From the NCBI GenBank assembly GCA_963665275.2, contig CAXXIN010000004.1, positions 97,387 to 161,386 of the forward strand: 64,000 nucleotides of DNA, in the 5' to 3' direction. Below the pieces are notes generated by a model. The model saw only the letters and a program-made list of their open reading frames with translations. It was not told the DNA's origin and did not search any database. Positions 44,040 through 54,293 of this stretch are shown one piece after another. Numbering within the stretch: the first letter of the stretch is position 1; every line of letters begins with the position of its first letter. The stretch is from Negativicutes bacterium (GTDB taxonomy: Bacteria; Bacillota; Negativicutes; UBA1444). The position numbers and the translations under genes are program-made.

Positions 44040-45403
44040 GCCGGCGGAGCTCCCCGCCGCACCAATTCTTTGAAGATTTCTCCGCGCTGTTCGTAGTGGT
44101 CGAACATGTCGTAACTGGCGCAAGCCGGCGACAGCAGCACCACCTGGGGCGACGATGCAACCTCTTTGGCTTTTTGCACAGCCGCCGCAAGCGTCGGCGC
44201 ACGGAAAATGTCCTTGACACCTTGGGCTCTGGCCGCAGCTTCGAAGCGTTCTGTCGCCTCGCCGATGAGGATCAGCAGATCCACGCGCTCTTGCGCCAGT
44301 TGCATGAATTCAGTCAAATCAGTATTCTTATCTCGGCCCCCGGCGATCAAAATGATGTTCCCTGCAAAAGCTTCCAGTGCCTTGATCGACGATTCCGGGT
44401 TGGTCGCTTTGGAGTCATTGTAGTAAGGAACGCCGCCCAACGTGGCGACCGGTTCGATCCGATGTTCGACTCCCGTGAAAGAACGCAGCACCTCGGCCAT
44501 TCCTGCTGGCGACACACCGGCCAGATAGGCTGCGCCGCAAGCTGCCAGTGCATTCTCCACGTTATGCCCACCGAAGAGTTTCATCTCCTTTACGGCACAG
44601 ACCGTTTCTTCCCGGCCAGCCCACCGCAGACGGATTTCGCCGTTCGACACAAAGGCCCCCTGCTCCAGCTCTTGCCGCCGGCTGAAGTAAAACACTTGCG
44701 ATCGAACACGGGCGGCCATATCCCTAACATTTGCGTCATCATAATTGAGCACGGCGAAATCGCCGGGCCCCTGCTGGGCGAAGACCCGCTCCTTGGTTGC
44801 GCCGTAGCCGGCAAAGGAACCGTGCCTGTCAATATGATCGGGAGTGAGATTGAGCATGACCGCGATTTGCGGATGGAAAGTATACGCCCCTTCCAGCTGA
44901 AAACTCGAAATCTCCGCCACAACGCATCCCGACGGGCCCACGTGCTGAACTTCCTGCGACAGAGCCGCCCCGATATTGCCGCCCACGACCACTTCAGCGA
45001 ATTTGGTTTTCATCATTTCACCGAGCAATGTCGTCGTTGTTGTTTTGCCATTGGTCCCGGTGACTGCAATTATCGGAGCCTGACACAGGCGTCCGGCCAA
45101 TTCGATCTCACTCCACACCGGAATACCCCGTTGCTCGGCTTTTTGCGCCAACGGATGATGAATGGAGATGCCGGGTGAAATGATAAACAGATCTTTCCCG
45201 TCCAACAACTCCTCACCGTCCCGGCCCAGAGCCAGTTCCACTTTTCCGGTCAAAGGACCCAACAACGCAGCCGCTTTGGCGTGCCGCCGATCCTTCGCAT
45301 CCGCCAATGTCACCACAGCGCCCTGTTCCTGAAGCACCTGCGCCGCAGATACCCCACTTACACCGGCGCCGAACACCAACACATTCTTTCCTTTAATCTC
45401 CAT
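44036..45403 (-). CDS. murD: MurD ligase
   Basis: TGTNGKTTT, EISSFQL, DHIDRH, NDSKATN, LSPACASYD. Confidence 0.97.
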   Translation of the reverse strand: MEIKGKNVLVFGAGVSGVSAAQVLQEQGAVVTLADAKDRRHAKAAALLGPLTGKVELALGRDGEELLDGKDLFIISPGISIHHPLAQKAEQRGIPVWSEIELAGRLCQAPIIAVTGTNGKTTTTTLLGEMMKTKFAEVVVGGNIGAALSQEVQHVGPSGCVVAEISSFQLEGAYTFHPQIAVMLNLTPDHIDRHGSFAGYGATKERVFAQQGPGDFAVLNYDDANVRDMAARVRSQVFYFSRRQELEQGAFVSNGEIRLRWAGREETVCAVKEMKLFGGHNVENALAACGAAYLAGVSPAGMAEVLRSFTGVEHRIEPVATLGGVPYYNDSKATNPESSIKALEAFAGNIILIAGGRDKNTDLTEFMQLAQERVDLLILIGEATERFEAAARAQGVKDIFRAPTLAAAVQKAKEVASSPQVVLLSPACASYDMFDHYEQRGEIFKELVRRGAPPA

Positions 45404-46380
45404 TATCCGATCCTCCCTCCGGTCGACGCCAGAACAATCCAGAGACCGACCAGTCCCGCTATAATCCCGGCAGTCCAAAACATCCGCACAACACGGGTTT
45501 CGGGCCATCCTCCGAGTTCAAAATGATGATGCAGGGGACTCATGCGAAAAATCCTGCGCCCCGTTGTCTTAAAAGAAGCTACCTGCAAGATGACCGACAC
45601 TGCTTCCGCAACGAAAACAGCCCCAATCACAGGCAACAGCAATTCCGTCCGTGTCAGCACGGCGCCGGCGGCAAGAGCACCGCCCAATGCAAGGGAACCT
45701 GTGTCCCCCATGAAAATACGCGCCGGATGACGGTTGAAAACGAGAAACCCCAAGGCAGACCCTGCTACAATCGCAAAAAAACCAGCCACCTCCGGATTCC
45801 CCAGAATCCACGCCACCATTGCATAAATCGCCATGGCGACCGCCGTGGTACCGGCTGCCAGTCCATCCAACCCATCCGTCAAATTAACGGCATTTGTTGT
45901 TCCCACGATGATGAAAAAGACCAAGACATGGAACAGCAATCCCATATCCCAATTCACGTTCAGACCGGGGATCCATATCTCCGTTCCCCGTCCCATATAG
46001 TGAGTCACCGTCCATGAAAAAATCACTGCGATCGCAATCTGTCCCAACAGTTTTTCCTTGGCCCGTAGTCCCAGATTGCGTTTCAAAACCACCTTGATAT
46101 AATCGTCGACGAAACCGATCGCGCCGCAGGCCATGGTCGTAAAGAGCAGGATCTGGATCGCCGGGGAAGTCGAATAGAAGGTCAAGGCCGCAACGCAGAT
46201 TCCTGCCAATATCATCAGCCCCCCCATGGTGGGAGTCCCCGTTTTGGCTTTATGTGCAGCAGGCCCGTCTTCGCGGACTACTTGGCCGAATTTGAGCCTG
46301 TGAAGCAAAGGAATGGCGGCCGGGCCCAGCAAAACCACCACACCGAAAGAGCAAAGCGCTCCGTAAAAAATCAATTCCAT
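45403..46380 (-). CDS. mraY: Phospho-MurNAc-pentapeptide transferase
   Basis: GTPTMGG, DDYIK, NAVNLTDGLDGL, FMGDTGS, PLHHHFE. Confidence 0.98.
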   Translation of the reverse strand: MELIFYGALCSFGVVVLLGPAAIPLLHRLKFGQVVREDGPAAHKAKTGTPTMGGLMILAGICVAALTFYSTSPAIQILLFTTMACGAIGFVDDYIKVVLKRNLGLRAKEKLLGQIAIAVIFSWTVTHYMGRGTEIWIPGLNVNWDMGLLFHVLVFFIIVGTTNAVNLTDGLDGLAAGTTAVAMAIYAMVAWILGNPEVAGFFAIVAGSALGFLVFNRHPARIFMGDTGSLALGGALAAGAVLTRTELLLPVIGAVFVAEAVSVILQVASFKTTGRRIFRMSPLHHHFELGGWPETRVVRMFWTAGIIAGLVGLWIVLASTGGRIG

Positions 46381-47742
46381 TTAAAAAACCGCCAGCAGTT
46401 TTTCCATGGTCATGCCGCGGGATCCCTTGAGCAGCAGCGTGTCACCAGGCAGCAGTCTCTGACGCAGTTCGCTGATGGCTGCGTCATGATCAGAACAGGC
46501 GATCACCACCGGCGCTCCTTGTTGCTTCGCTGCCTCACCTGCGACGCGGGCCATTTCCCCGATCGTCAGGACCACTTCAACGCCGATCGCGGCCAAATGC
46601 CGGCCCACTTTAGCGTGAGCCTCCCAAGCAGCCGTTCCCAGTTCCAGCATGTCACCGATGGCAGCCAGTTTTCTCCCCTTGGCAACCGACGCCAAGACAT
46701 CAATCGCCGCCGCCATCGAAAGAGGGCTCGCATTGTAGGTATCGTCGATCACCGTGATGTCGCCATATCGTCTGATATCAAGCCGCATCTTGCCTGGTTC
46801 GTACTGCGCCAGTCCCTGCGCGATATCCTGCGGCGCGAGGCCCAGCTCCAACCCGACTGCAATAGCGGCCAGCGCATTATACACATTATGAATCCCCGAC
46901 GTTGACAAAACCACCGGGAAAGACAGAGTTCCCGCCATGCAGTCAAATGCCGCGCCCTGCGGTGATTGTTTCAGGTTGACGGCCTGCACGGCGCACTCCG
47001 GGGCCAGTCCGAACAATACAACCCTGGCGGCGGTTTTCCCTCTCATGGCCCGAACATTCACATCGTCGCCATTCAGGACCGCCACGCCCTCGCCATTGAG
47101 CGCTGCGACGAGTTCAGCCTTGGCTGCGGCGATATTTTCGATACTGCCCAGCCGCTCCAGATGCGTTTCGCCAACATTGGTCACCACACCGACTGTCGGC
47201 AGCGCAATGGACGCCAACTCCGCTATCTCGCCTAGGCCCCGCATTCCCATTTCGACCACTACCGCCTGATGGGCAGCAGCTATTTTAAGCAAAGTCTGCG
47301 ACAGGCCAATTTCGTTGTTGAAATTGGCTTCCGTCTTGAGAACCTTCAGCCGGGTCGACAAAACCGCGGCAATCATATCCTTGGTGGAGGTTTTGCCGTT
47401 GGAACCGGTGACCGCGATCACTGGCAAAACAAACCGGCAGCGGTGAAACCGCGCCAGATCCTGATAGGCAATCCGGGTATCCGCCACCAAAAAAACCGTT
47501 ATTCCCGGCAACGGTTCAACCGGCCGGCAACTGACGACGAGTCCGGTCGCCCCTTGCCGGATCGCTTCCGGAATAAAAGCATGGCCGTCAAAGCGTTCGC
47601 CTGACAACGCCACAAAAAGTGACCCGGATTTGAGGGTCCGGGTATCGGTTGACACCCCTTCAAAGAATTCCGCTATATCCGGCGAGATGAGCTGGCCCTT
47701 GGTTGCCTCCAGCACCTCTCCCGGCGTAAAACATACTGTCAT
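46381..47742 (-). CDS. murF: MurF ligase
   Basis: TGSNGKTSTK, NFNNEIG, EMGM, DDTYNASP, GDMLELG, KGSRG. Confidence 0.97.
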   Translation of the reverse strand: MTVCFTPGEVLEATKGQLISPDIAEFFEGVSTDTRTLKSGSLFVALSGERFDGHAFIPEAIRQGATGLVVSCRPVEPLPGITVFLVADTRIAYQDLARFHRCRFVLPVIAVTGSNGKTSTKDMIAAVLSTRLKVLKTEANFNNEIGLSQTLLKIAAAHQAVVVEMGMRGLGEIAELASIALPTVGVVTNVGETHLERLGSIENIAAAKAELVAALNGEGVAVLNGDDVNVRAMRGKTAARVVLFGLAPECAVQAVNLKQSPQGAAFDCMAGTLSFPVVLSTSGIHNVYNALAAIAVGLELGLAPQDIAQGLAQYEPGKMRLDIRRYGDITVIDDTYNASPLSMAAAIDVLASVAKGRKLAAIGDMLELGTAAWEAHAKVGRHLAAIGVEVVLTIGEMARVAGEAAKQQGAPVVIACSDHDAAISELRQRLLPGDTLLLKGSRGMTMEKLLAVF

Positions 47743-49232
47743 TTTGTCCCTCCCGCCAGTTCACGCACGACTTCCCGGTCATCAAAATGGATGGTCTTAT
47801 CTGCCAGAATCTGATAGTTCTCATGCCCCTTGCCGGCAATCAGGACCACATCTCCCGCTGCCGCCATGCTCAGCGCCCGTTCGATCGCCGAACGCCTGTC
47901 CGGTATCGCTTCAGTTTTATTTTTGGCCTCAGCCGTCGTAATTCCTTCCAAGATCTGTTGAATGATAAATCCGGGCTCTTCCGATCGGGGATTGTCCGAT
48001 GTCACGATCACCCGATCCGCATAGCGGGTCGCCAGTTCCCCCATGATCGGCCGTTTAGTGCGATCCCGGTCGCCGCCGCAGCCGAAAACCACAATGAGCC
48101 GGCCCCTGACAAACTGTTTCGCAGTGCGAAGGACATTTTCCAGTCCATCCGGGGTATGGGCATAATCGACAATCACGCTGAATGGACGATCAATTTCCAC
48201 TCGTTCAAATCGTCCCGGCACTCGTTCGAAGGTTTCCAGCGCAGTCTGAATATCCTGCGGCCCGATTCCTTCGGCGAAAGCCACACTGATGGCAGCCAGC
48301 ATATTATAAACATTAAACAAACCCGTCATTTTTGAACGGACTTCGAATTCACCCAACGCACCCGTAACGGTGAAACGGCTTCCTTCGGGCCGGAGCTCGA
48401 CGTTCTGCGCCCGAATGGTCGCGGCATTTTCAATGCCGTAGCTGATGCAGCGAGCTACCGATTGGCCCAGCATGAACGCCCCCGCCGGATCATCAACATT
48501 CGCAATGGCGGACTTATTCCCCTTCTGCGAATTGGGCGCATCCAGTTGACGAAACAGGATCGCTTTTGCGTCCCGGTAGTTGTCCAACGTCTGATGGAAA
48601 TCCAGATGGTCCTGCGTCATATTCGTAAAAACGGCCGAGTCGAACTCACAACCAGCGACACGTCCCAAGGCCAACGCATGGGAAGAGACTTCCATCGCCA
48701 CATAGTGCATTCCGCCGTCCACCATTTCACGCAAAGCAGCCTGGAGATCCAGCACATCCGGCGTAGTGTTCTTCACCGGCAGGATTCGCTCGCCGATCAG
48801 GGTATGCAAAGTACCGCTAACTCCGCAGGGACGTCCTGCCTGATTGAAAATCGCCCGGATAATATGAGTCGTCGTTGTCTTTCCATTGGTACCGGTCACG
48901 CCGATCATGCGTAGTTCCCTGGACGGTTCCCCATAAAACCAGGGCGCCAGCTTTTCCACCGCCTGGCGGACATCCGCCACCAGCAGAACCGGAACCGAAT
49001 CGATTCCCTCAACCGCATGCTCGACAAGCAAGGCGACGGCGCCTTGCTTGACCGCTGCCGCCGCAAAGGCATGTCCGTCGACCGTGGCGCCCGGCATACA
49101 AACAAAGAGAGTCCCTGGCCCAACTTTTCGCGAATCATGGGCCAGGGTCATGATGTGCGGATTCAGCTCCGGTTGTGAAATCCACTGTGATTCAGGTAAC
49201 TTTTCAACAATCTCACGCAGTGTCCTGTTCAT
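47739..49232 (-). CDS. murE: MurE ligase (meso-DAP-adding, DNPR motif)
   Basis: TGTNGKTT, MEVSSH, DYAHTPD, TSDNPR, GKGHE. Confidence 0.97.
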   Translation of the reverse strand: MNRTLREIVEKLPESQWISQPELNPHIMTLAHDSRKVGPGTLFVCMPGATVDGHAFAAAAVKQGAVALLVEHAVEGIDSVPVLLVADVRQAVEKLAPWFYGEPSRELRMIGVTGTNGKTTTTHIIRAIFNQAGRPCGVSGTLHTLIGERILPVKNTTPDVLDLQAALREMVDGGMHYVAMEVSSHALALGRVAGCEFDSAVFTNMTQDHLDFHQTLDNYRDAKAILFRQLDAPNSQKGNKSAIANVDDPAGAFMLGQSVARCISYGIENAATIRAQNVELRPEGSRFTVTGALGEFEVRSKMTGLFNVYNMLAAISVAFAEGIGPQDIQTALETFERVPGRFERVEIDRPFSVIVDYAHTPDGLENVLRTAKQFVRGRLIVVFGCGGDRDRTKRPIMGELATRYADRVIVTSDNPRSEEPGFIIQQILEGITTAEAKNKTEAIPDRRSAIERALSMAAAGDVVLIAGKGHENYQILADKTIHFDDREVVRELAGGTK

Positions 49233-49326
49233 TGGGACCTCCCTGCCATTTCATTCATGACAATTATTTTATCACTTTTCTAGGCAACCTCCAAATAAAG
49301 AAGCAGGTTTTTCACCTGCTTTCGTT

Positions 49327-49767
49327 TCATCTTATGTTGTGGGCTTCAGCCCGGGCATTTCCGAACAAAATCGAGCTTTTAACCGCAACCGTATCTTTAT
49401 CGACCGCTTTCGCGAGGTTACTGTTCGAAGATTCTTTCGCAGCCACATACACGGTTTGAGGCTTAATCATTCCCAGCTGACGAATCGCAATGTTTTGGAT
49501 CCGTTGCGGCGATTTCATCTGCGCCATTTCCAGACGCAGAAGCTCGTTTTGATTTTCAACCTTGGTGAGCCTAGCCCTGGCCTGTACCAGCTCATACCCG
49601 CTCTTCACGATCGCAGAACTGCCCCAGGTCACGAACATGGCCAAAAGCCCGACAAGAATCGCCGACACCAGACACTCGGTACGCAAACATCGGTGCGGTT
49701 TGTCTAAAGAACAGCGGTCTGCTTTATCCGGCAACAAGGTTGTCTTTTCTTTATAATTTCGCACCAT
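49327..49767 (-). CDS. ftsL: Cell division protein FtsL
   Basis: TM helix plus coiled coil ending KSPQRIQNIA..LGM; follows rsmH. Confidence 0.8.
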   Translation of the reverse strand: MVRNYKEKTTLLPDKADRCSLDKPHRCLRTECLVSAILVGLLAMFVTWGSSAIVKSGYELVQARARLTKVENQNELLRLEMAQMKSPQRIQNIAIRQLGMIKPQTVYVAAKESSNSNLAKAVDKDTVAVKSSILFGNARAEAHNIR

Positions 49768-50725
49768 CGTCGACTCCTCCCAGTTCTACTTTTTGAGCTA
49801 TTCTGAGTTTTGCGCTACGCGAGCGCGGATTGTTTTCGAGTTCCTCCGCCGAAGGGAGAATAGGTTTTCCACACAACCGGAGAACAGCCTGAGGATTACA
49901 AGTGCAAACCGGTGACTTAGGCGGGCAGACACAATGACCAAGCAAACTCGCAAAGGTTTTTTTCACGATCCGGTCTTCCAGCGAATGAAAGGAAATGACA
50001 CCAATTTTTCCACCGGGCGCCAGCCGCTCGATTGCCGTTCGCAAAGCTCCGGGCAATATTTTTAGTTCACCGTTGACTTCGATTCGAATCGCCTGAAACG
50101 TCCGTTTGGCAGGATGACCCTCCCTGCGGGCTGCGGCAGGAATCGCTGCGCTGATGATCGCTGCAAGTTCCGCGGTTGTTGTCAAAGGATTTTTCTGCCG
50201 GGCTTCCACAATGAATTTTGCAATTCGCTTTGCCCAGCGTTCTTCGCCATATTCGAAAAAAATCCGGGCCAACTCTGCTTCCGAATAGCGGTTGACCACA
50301 TCTGCGGCGCTGAGTTTTTGTTCCGGGTCCATCCTCATGTCCAACGGGCCCTCTTTCATATACGAAAAACCGCGTTCCGCCAAATCAAGCTGATGCGAAG
50401 ATACGCCCAGATCGAACAAAATTCCGTTGACTTGTTCGATACCCAGTCCATCCAGTACCGCTGCAAGTTCGTTGAAATTTCCCTGCACTACCTGGACTTC
50501 GGCGCCTCCTGACGCCAGTCGGCTTTGGCCTGCAGCAACGGCGGCAGGATCCTGGTCGATGCCGATCAGACGACCGCGCTGACTCAATCGCGACAAAATG
50601 GCTGCAGAATGCCCTCCACCGCCCAACGTACAATCCACATAGGTTCCAGCCGGATCTCCGATAATACCGTCCACGCTTTCCTGTAGCAGAACTGTCTCGT
50701 GCTGAAACTCCATCTTCACCCTCAA
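49751..50725 (-). CDS. rsmH: 16S rRNA m4C1402 methyltransferase
   Basis: DCTLGGGGHS, DLGVSS, LDMRM, ISFHSLEDR, NPRSRSAKLR. Confidence 0.98.
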   Translation of the reverse strand: MRVKMEFQHETVLLQESVDGIIGDPAGTYVDCTLGGGGHSAAILSRLSQRGRLIGIDQDPAAVAAGQSRLASGGAEVQVVQGNFNELAAVLDGLGIEQVNGILFDLGVSSHQLDLAERGFSYMKEGPLDMRMDPEQKLSAADVVNRYSEAELARIFFEYGEERWAKRIAKFIVEARQKNPLTTTAELAAIISAAIPAAARREGHPAKRTFQAIRIEVNGELKILPGALRTAIERLAPGGKIGVISFHSLEDRIVKKTFASLLGHCVCPPKSPVCTCNPQAVLRLCGKPILPSAEELENNPRSRSAKLRIAQKVELGGVDDGAKL

Positions 50726-51159
50726 ATACCGAAATCAGTCAGATGTTCGGACAGTTGCTCAACTGTCGGCCCCATCCGCTCGTTATAACGTGTCCAGGTC
50801 TCTTTGTTCCAAATCTCAACACGGGTGGAAACGCCAATCACGACAACATCTTTTTCCAATTTCGCATAGTCACGAAGATTGGGAGGCAGCAAAACTCGCC
50901 CCTGTCTGTCCGCTTCCAATTCGGCTGCACCGGAAAAAATATAACGGGAAAATGCTCGTGCTTCCGGTTTCACGAGCGACAACTGTTTCAGTTTTTCTTC
51001 CAGCGTTGCCCATTCGTCCCTAGTGTAGACGAAAATACAATCATCCAGTCCCCGGGTAGCGATGAATGTGTCGCCGAGGCCTTCCCTGATTTTGGCGGGA
51101 AGAATCAGCCGACCCTTGATGTCAAGCGTGTGCTGATATTCACCCATGAACACATTCAT
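50722..51159 (-). CDS. mraZ: Transcriptional repressor MraZ
   Basis: FMGEYQHTLD.KGR, D.QGR, RVEIW. Confidence 0.97.
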   Translation of the reverse strand: MNVFMGEYQHTLDIKGRLILPAKIREGLGDTFIATRGLDDCIFVYTRDEWATLEEKLKQLSLVKPEARAFSRYIFSGAAELEADRQGRVLLPPNLRDYAKLEKDVVVIGVSTRVEIWNKETWTRYNERMGPTVEQLSEHLTDFGI

Positions 51160-51177
51160 TCACCCCCTTCAGGTTTT

Positions 51178-51210
51178 ATCCACCACATTCAACCACTTTA
51201 AACCACTTTA
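51178..51210 (-). promoter_or_regulatory. MraZ-binding direct repeats
   Basis: Three GTGG boxes at 10-bp period on the minus strand (TAAAGTGGTT TAAAGTGGTT GAATGTGGTG) between a TATAAT box and the mraZ RBS. Confidence 0.8.
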
Positions 51211-51233
51211 TGCTATTATAATTCGGAAAAGAT

Positions 51234-51263
51234 AAAAAAAATCCTTCAAAATAATTGAAGGAT
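51234..51263 (-). terminator. Probable terminator after the YbaK gene
   Basis: ATCCTTCAA-N5-TTGAAGGAT plus a T run on the minus strand. Confidence 0.55.
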
Positions 51264-51336
51264 CAAAGTTTTTTTTAAAGTCAGGACTTAAGTCCTATTA
51301 CGATTCCGTTAAAACCGATGCAAAAGCCGATTAAAA

Positions 51337-51801
51337 TTAAAATGCGACGTCGACTATTTGGGCCCCGATGATCTCCCGCAGGCGCTCAGGCGCGATCGGC
51401 AAAGCGGAATTAGCCGTTCCTGCTGCTGCGTAGACCACATCATAATCGTAGAGCCCCTGATCGAGGAAAACCGTTATGGACTCATCCAACCCGAACGGGC
51501 AAACGCCTCCCGGTTCAAACCCGGTTGCCTGCAACACGCTTTCGGCATCGGCAAAGCGAACTTTTTTTGCTCCCACTGCTTTCCCTAACTTTTTTGCGTC
51601 GATTTTGCGTCCGCCGCACGCCACAACCAGAACCGGCTTGCCGTCCGCCAGAAACATCAAGGTTTTTGCGATCTGGGCCACTTCAACCCCCACTGCCTGA
51701 GCCGCCAGTTCCGAAGTATGCGTACTTTCATCAAACAAAAAGATTTTTAGATCCGGGTACGGCGCAATTGCTTTTTTGACTCGCTCCAATGCTGCTGACA
51801 T
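51337..51801 (-). CDS. YbaK/EbsC family (aminoacyl-tRNA editing) protein
   Basis: AQIAKTL, TGFEPGGVCPFG, YAAAGT. Confidence 0.9.
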   Translation of the reverse strand: MSAALERVKKAIAPYPDLKIFLFDESTHTSELAAQAVGVEVAQIAKTLMFLADGKPVLVVACGGRKIDAKKLGKAVGAKKVRFADAESVLQATGFEPGGVCPFGLDESITVFLDQGLYDYDVVYAAAGTANSALPIAPERLREIIGAQIVDVAF

Positions 51802-51947
51802 ATTCTCACATATCCTCCCAACCGAAACTCACTGCCGCAGTCTGCGACACAATAGATATATTTTACTGCACTAAAAAGAAAAAAGCCACCAAGACAGATT
51901 CTTCTCTGCCATGTTATACTATGTATGAATAAAAGGAGGTGTTGTCC

Positions 51948-52145
51948 ATGGCTATCATTGATAAAAGCATGAGCATCATTGATGTAGTTCAAAAATACCC
52001 GCAAACCGCCGAAGTTTTCCGAAATTTTGGCATGGGTTGTCTGGGTTGTATTGCTGCTCGGTTCGAAAACATCGAACAGGGCGCATTGGCTCACGGAATC
52101 GCAATCGATGAACTCATCGCCGACCTGAATAAGTCGGTCGAATAA
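51948..52145 (+). CDS. DUF1858 domain protein
   Basis: KYP...VF..FGMGCLGC..A.FENIEQGA..HGI; AAGGAGGT RBS. Confidence 0.9.
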   Translation: MAIIDKSMSIIDVVQKYPQTAEVFRNFGMGCLGCIAARFENIEQGALAHGIAIDELIADLNKSVE

Positions 52146-52164
52146 GACTGAAAAAAATCTGGTT

Positions 52165-52202
52165 TCAAGAAGGAACTTGGCTTATGCCAAGTTCCTTCTT
52201 GA
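52165..52202. terminator. Hairpin between convergent genes at the RiPP cluster's left edge
   Basis: 17-bp perfect inverted repeat TCAAGAAGGAACTTGGC-TTAT-GCCAAGTTCCTTCTTGA. Confidence 0.7.
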
Positions 52203-52225
52203 TTCTGTAGTGAATACAAAGATGC

Positions 52226-53479
52226 TCAAATCCCGGACCTCCATACTTCACATTTTCCGCCGCAAAGATACAGGCCAGCAATTACCGAATCAGCAGTCGG
52301 TTTGGCAACAGATCCGTCTGCCAAAAACGAAGTCAATCTTTTTTGCCAGTCCGATTGTGGCCCGCCGACCGCCAATGCACTGAGAAGCGCATCCTTGCCC
52401 ACTGCGTGACCCGCCCAACAGAGAAAAAAATCTGCCCACCATTGCCGGAAGGCGGCTGAACTCTTTGCTCCGACAGTTTTAGCAAAATAATGGCACAGCA
52501 AAAAACCGGCGCAATAGTCATTCAGCGTCTCGCTGGATCCCTCCACATCGCCGATCAGCTGGTGAATCGCCGTCGACATGATGGCCGGTTGATCCAGCCC
52601 GCAGCGAATTAACAATAGATTTGTCAGATATACCACGAATCCTTCAAAAAACCAACCCAGACCGGGTTCCCTGGCCCGGATCGACAAACCGATCCATTGG
52701 TGCAGCAGTTCATGCAGCAGCAGCCAATAGGTTGATGACAAATCGCCGTCGTTAGGCAACGCCAGGCAGCAACTTTCGTCCAAAGATAACCCTGCTCCGA
52801 AAGTTGAACCGGGATCTTCCCAGACAAACAGATTCAGATTCACAAACGACGCCGGGGCAGCGAACCAATTCCGGCATTCATTTAACAACAGCGGAACCTT
52901 GCCTGACCATAGCGCGGTCTGGTCAACCAAAGCCTGCGGCTGGATCAAAAACAGGTTCGGCCTGCTCAGGCATTCAACCTGAAACGAGCCCTGAACGTAG
53001 CCCGTTAAAAACAGTTGCCTGCGATCAGTGCAGTGAAAATTCCGCCGCTGCCCCTGACGGGTTGAATAAGTTTCCTGATCAAATTCGATTTCATATTCGG
53101 CGATCCCATCAGCCGCCGGAAACAAGGCCAACCCCAGGAAATATACGAACCGGCCGTTTACATGGCCGCGCAGCAAAGCCTCTTTGCCGCTGTCAAACGA
53201 TTCAAGTTCAACCTGATAGCTGAACGAAACCGTTCCGGCTGATAACGCGAGGTCAGTTTCGCTTGCGCAGTTGAAACAGGATTGAACGCTGCCATCCTCC
53301 AGCATAAATTGCCAGTTGTGAAATCGGGAAAAATAATCTGAAACGGCTCCGTAGGATGCCGGCGAATATAGCCTGCATCCTGGCGTGCTTGCTTGGGTAC
53401 CCTTCTGCTTTGTCTGAAAGCGTCCCTGAATTGCGAAACAGCCGCTGGTTTTCGAGAGCACAGAATAGAGTATTTTCAT
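52226..53479 (-). CDS. Gluzincin metallopeptidase (M1/M61-like), no signal peptide
   Basis: HELLH-X18-E (HELLHQWIG...GWFFEG). Confidence 0.78.
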   Translation of the reverse strand: MKILYSVLSKTSGCFAIQGRFQTKQKGTQASTPGCRLYSPASYGAVSDYFSRFHNWQFMLEDGSVQSCFNCASETDLALSAGTVSFSYQVELESFDSGKEALLRGHVNGRFVYFLGLALFPAADGIAEYEIEFDQETYSTRQGQRRNFHCTDRRQLFLTGYVQGSFQVECLSRPNLFLIQPQALVDQTALWSGKVPLLLNECRNWFAAPASFVNLNLFVWEDPGSTFGAGLSLDESCCLALPNDGDLSSTYWLLLHELLHQWIGLSIRAREPGLGWFFEGFVVYLTNLLLIRCGLDQPAIMSTAIHQLIGDVEGSSETLNDYCAGFLLCHYFAKTVGAKSSAAFRQWWADFFLCWAGHAVGKDALLSALAVGGPQSDWQKRLTSFLADGSVAKPTADSVIAGLYLCGGKCEVWRSGI

Positions 53480-53485
53480 TGCATT

Positions 53486-54289
53486 TCAGCTCCCCGCGCT
53501 TGAGTATCGTCGCAAGCCCCGGTTGAAAAGCAGGAACGCCGACAATAGAACCGTTAGCGGCAGCAGCAGCAATACCCACCCCTCCAGCGCATACCCCGGC
53601 AGAACCCCTCCGGCCGTCAGCAACGCTTCACTGGGATAATATGCAACAAAGCCCAGGGGAACAATCGTGCTCAAAATAATTTTCAGCCATTCGGGGTAAA
53701 TAAAGATCGGATACTGGGCCAGTTGATTCAGGCTCAGAAGCGGTGCGACAATTGAACTCTGCCGGGCAAACCAGAACCCTGTGGAAAGCAGCAGTATAAA
53801 AATGCCGCAATAGGTTGCCGCGCCGACACCTATTCCGAACAGCAGCATTAAAAAAGTGGCCGGGCTCCAGACAAATCCGGCCTGAATCGAGGAAATCACG
53901 ACAATGATCGCGCCTTTGACTGCCGTCAGCACATCGTTGACGTTCAGATTGCGCAAAATCAAATTGAACAGGGGATGAACCGGCTGAACCAGCAGCGCGT
54001 CCAACTCCCCCTCCAATATATAAGCGGAATCAAACACCAAAAAAGAACGAAATACCAATATTGCACTCAGACCAAAGGTCATGTCACCAACTCCAAATAA
54101 AAAGACGATTTCCCAAAAACCCCACCCATTGATCCGGGCTCCCTCCGGCAGAAACACGTCGATAAACACGATGCTCAGCAGGCTGAACACCATTTGACTG
54201 ATCAAACCGACCCAAAAATTCACCCGGTAAGTCATTTCCATTTTCAACTGCGCCGTTAGGCAACGAACCAAAGCACGAAGTTCAGGCAT
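53486..54289 (-). CDS. ABC-2 type permease (DUF990-like)
   Basis: Y.VNFW, GW...E, GELD..L.QP, YP..IYP, TM helices. Confidence 0.87.
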   Translation of the reverse strand: MPELRALVRCLTAQLKMEMTYRVNFWVGLISQMVFSLLSIVFIDVFLPEGARINGWGFWEIVFLFGVGDMTFGLSAILVFRSFLVFDSAYILEGELDALLVQPVHPLFNLILRNLNVNDVLTAVKGAIIVVISSIQAGFVWSPATFLMLLFGIGVGAATYCGIFILLLSTGFWFARQSSIVAPLLSLNQLAQYPIFIYPEWLKIILSTIVPLGFVAYYPSEALLTAGGVLPGYALEGWVLLLLPLTVLLSAFLLFNRGLRRYSSAGS

Positions 54290-54293
54290 GTTT

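Noticed and set aside
28080-45178. Long plus-strand ORFs (28080-29186, 34143-35171, 41804-42760, 44096-45178)
   Set aside because: They are antisense shadows of aspS, rel, murC and murD with no recognisable motifs.
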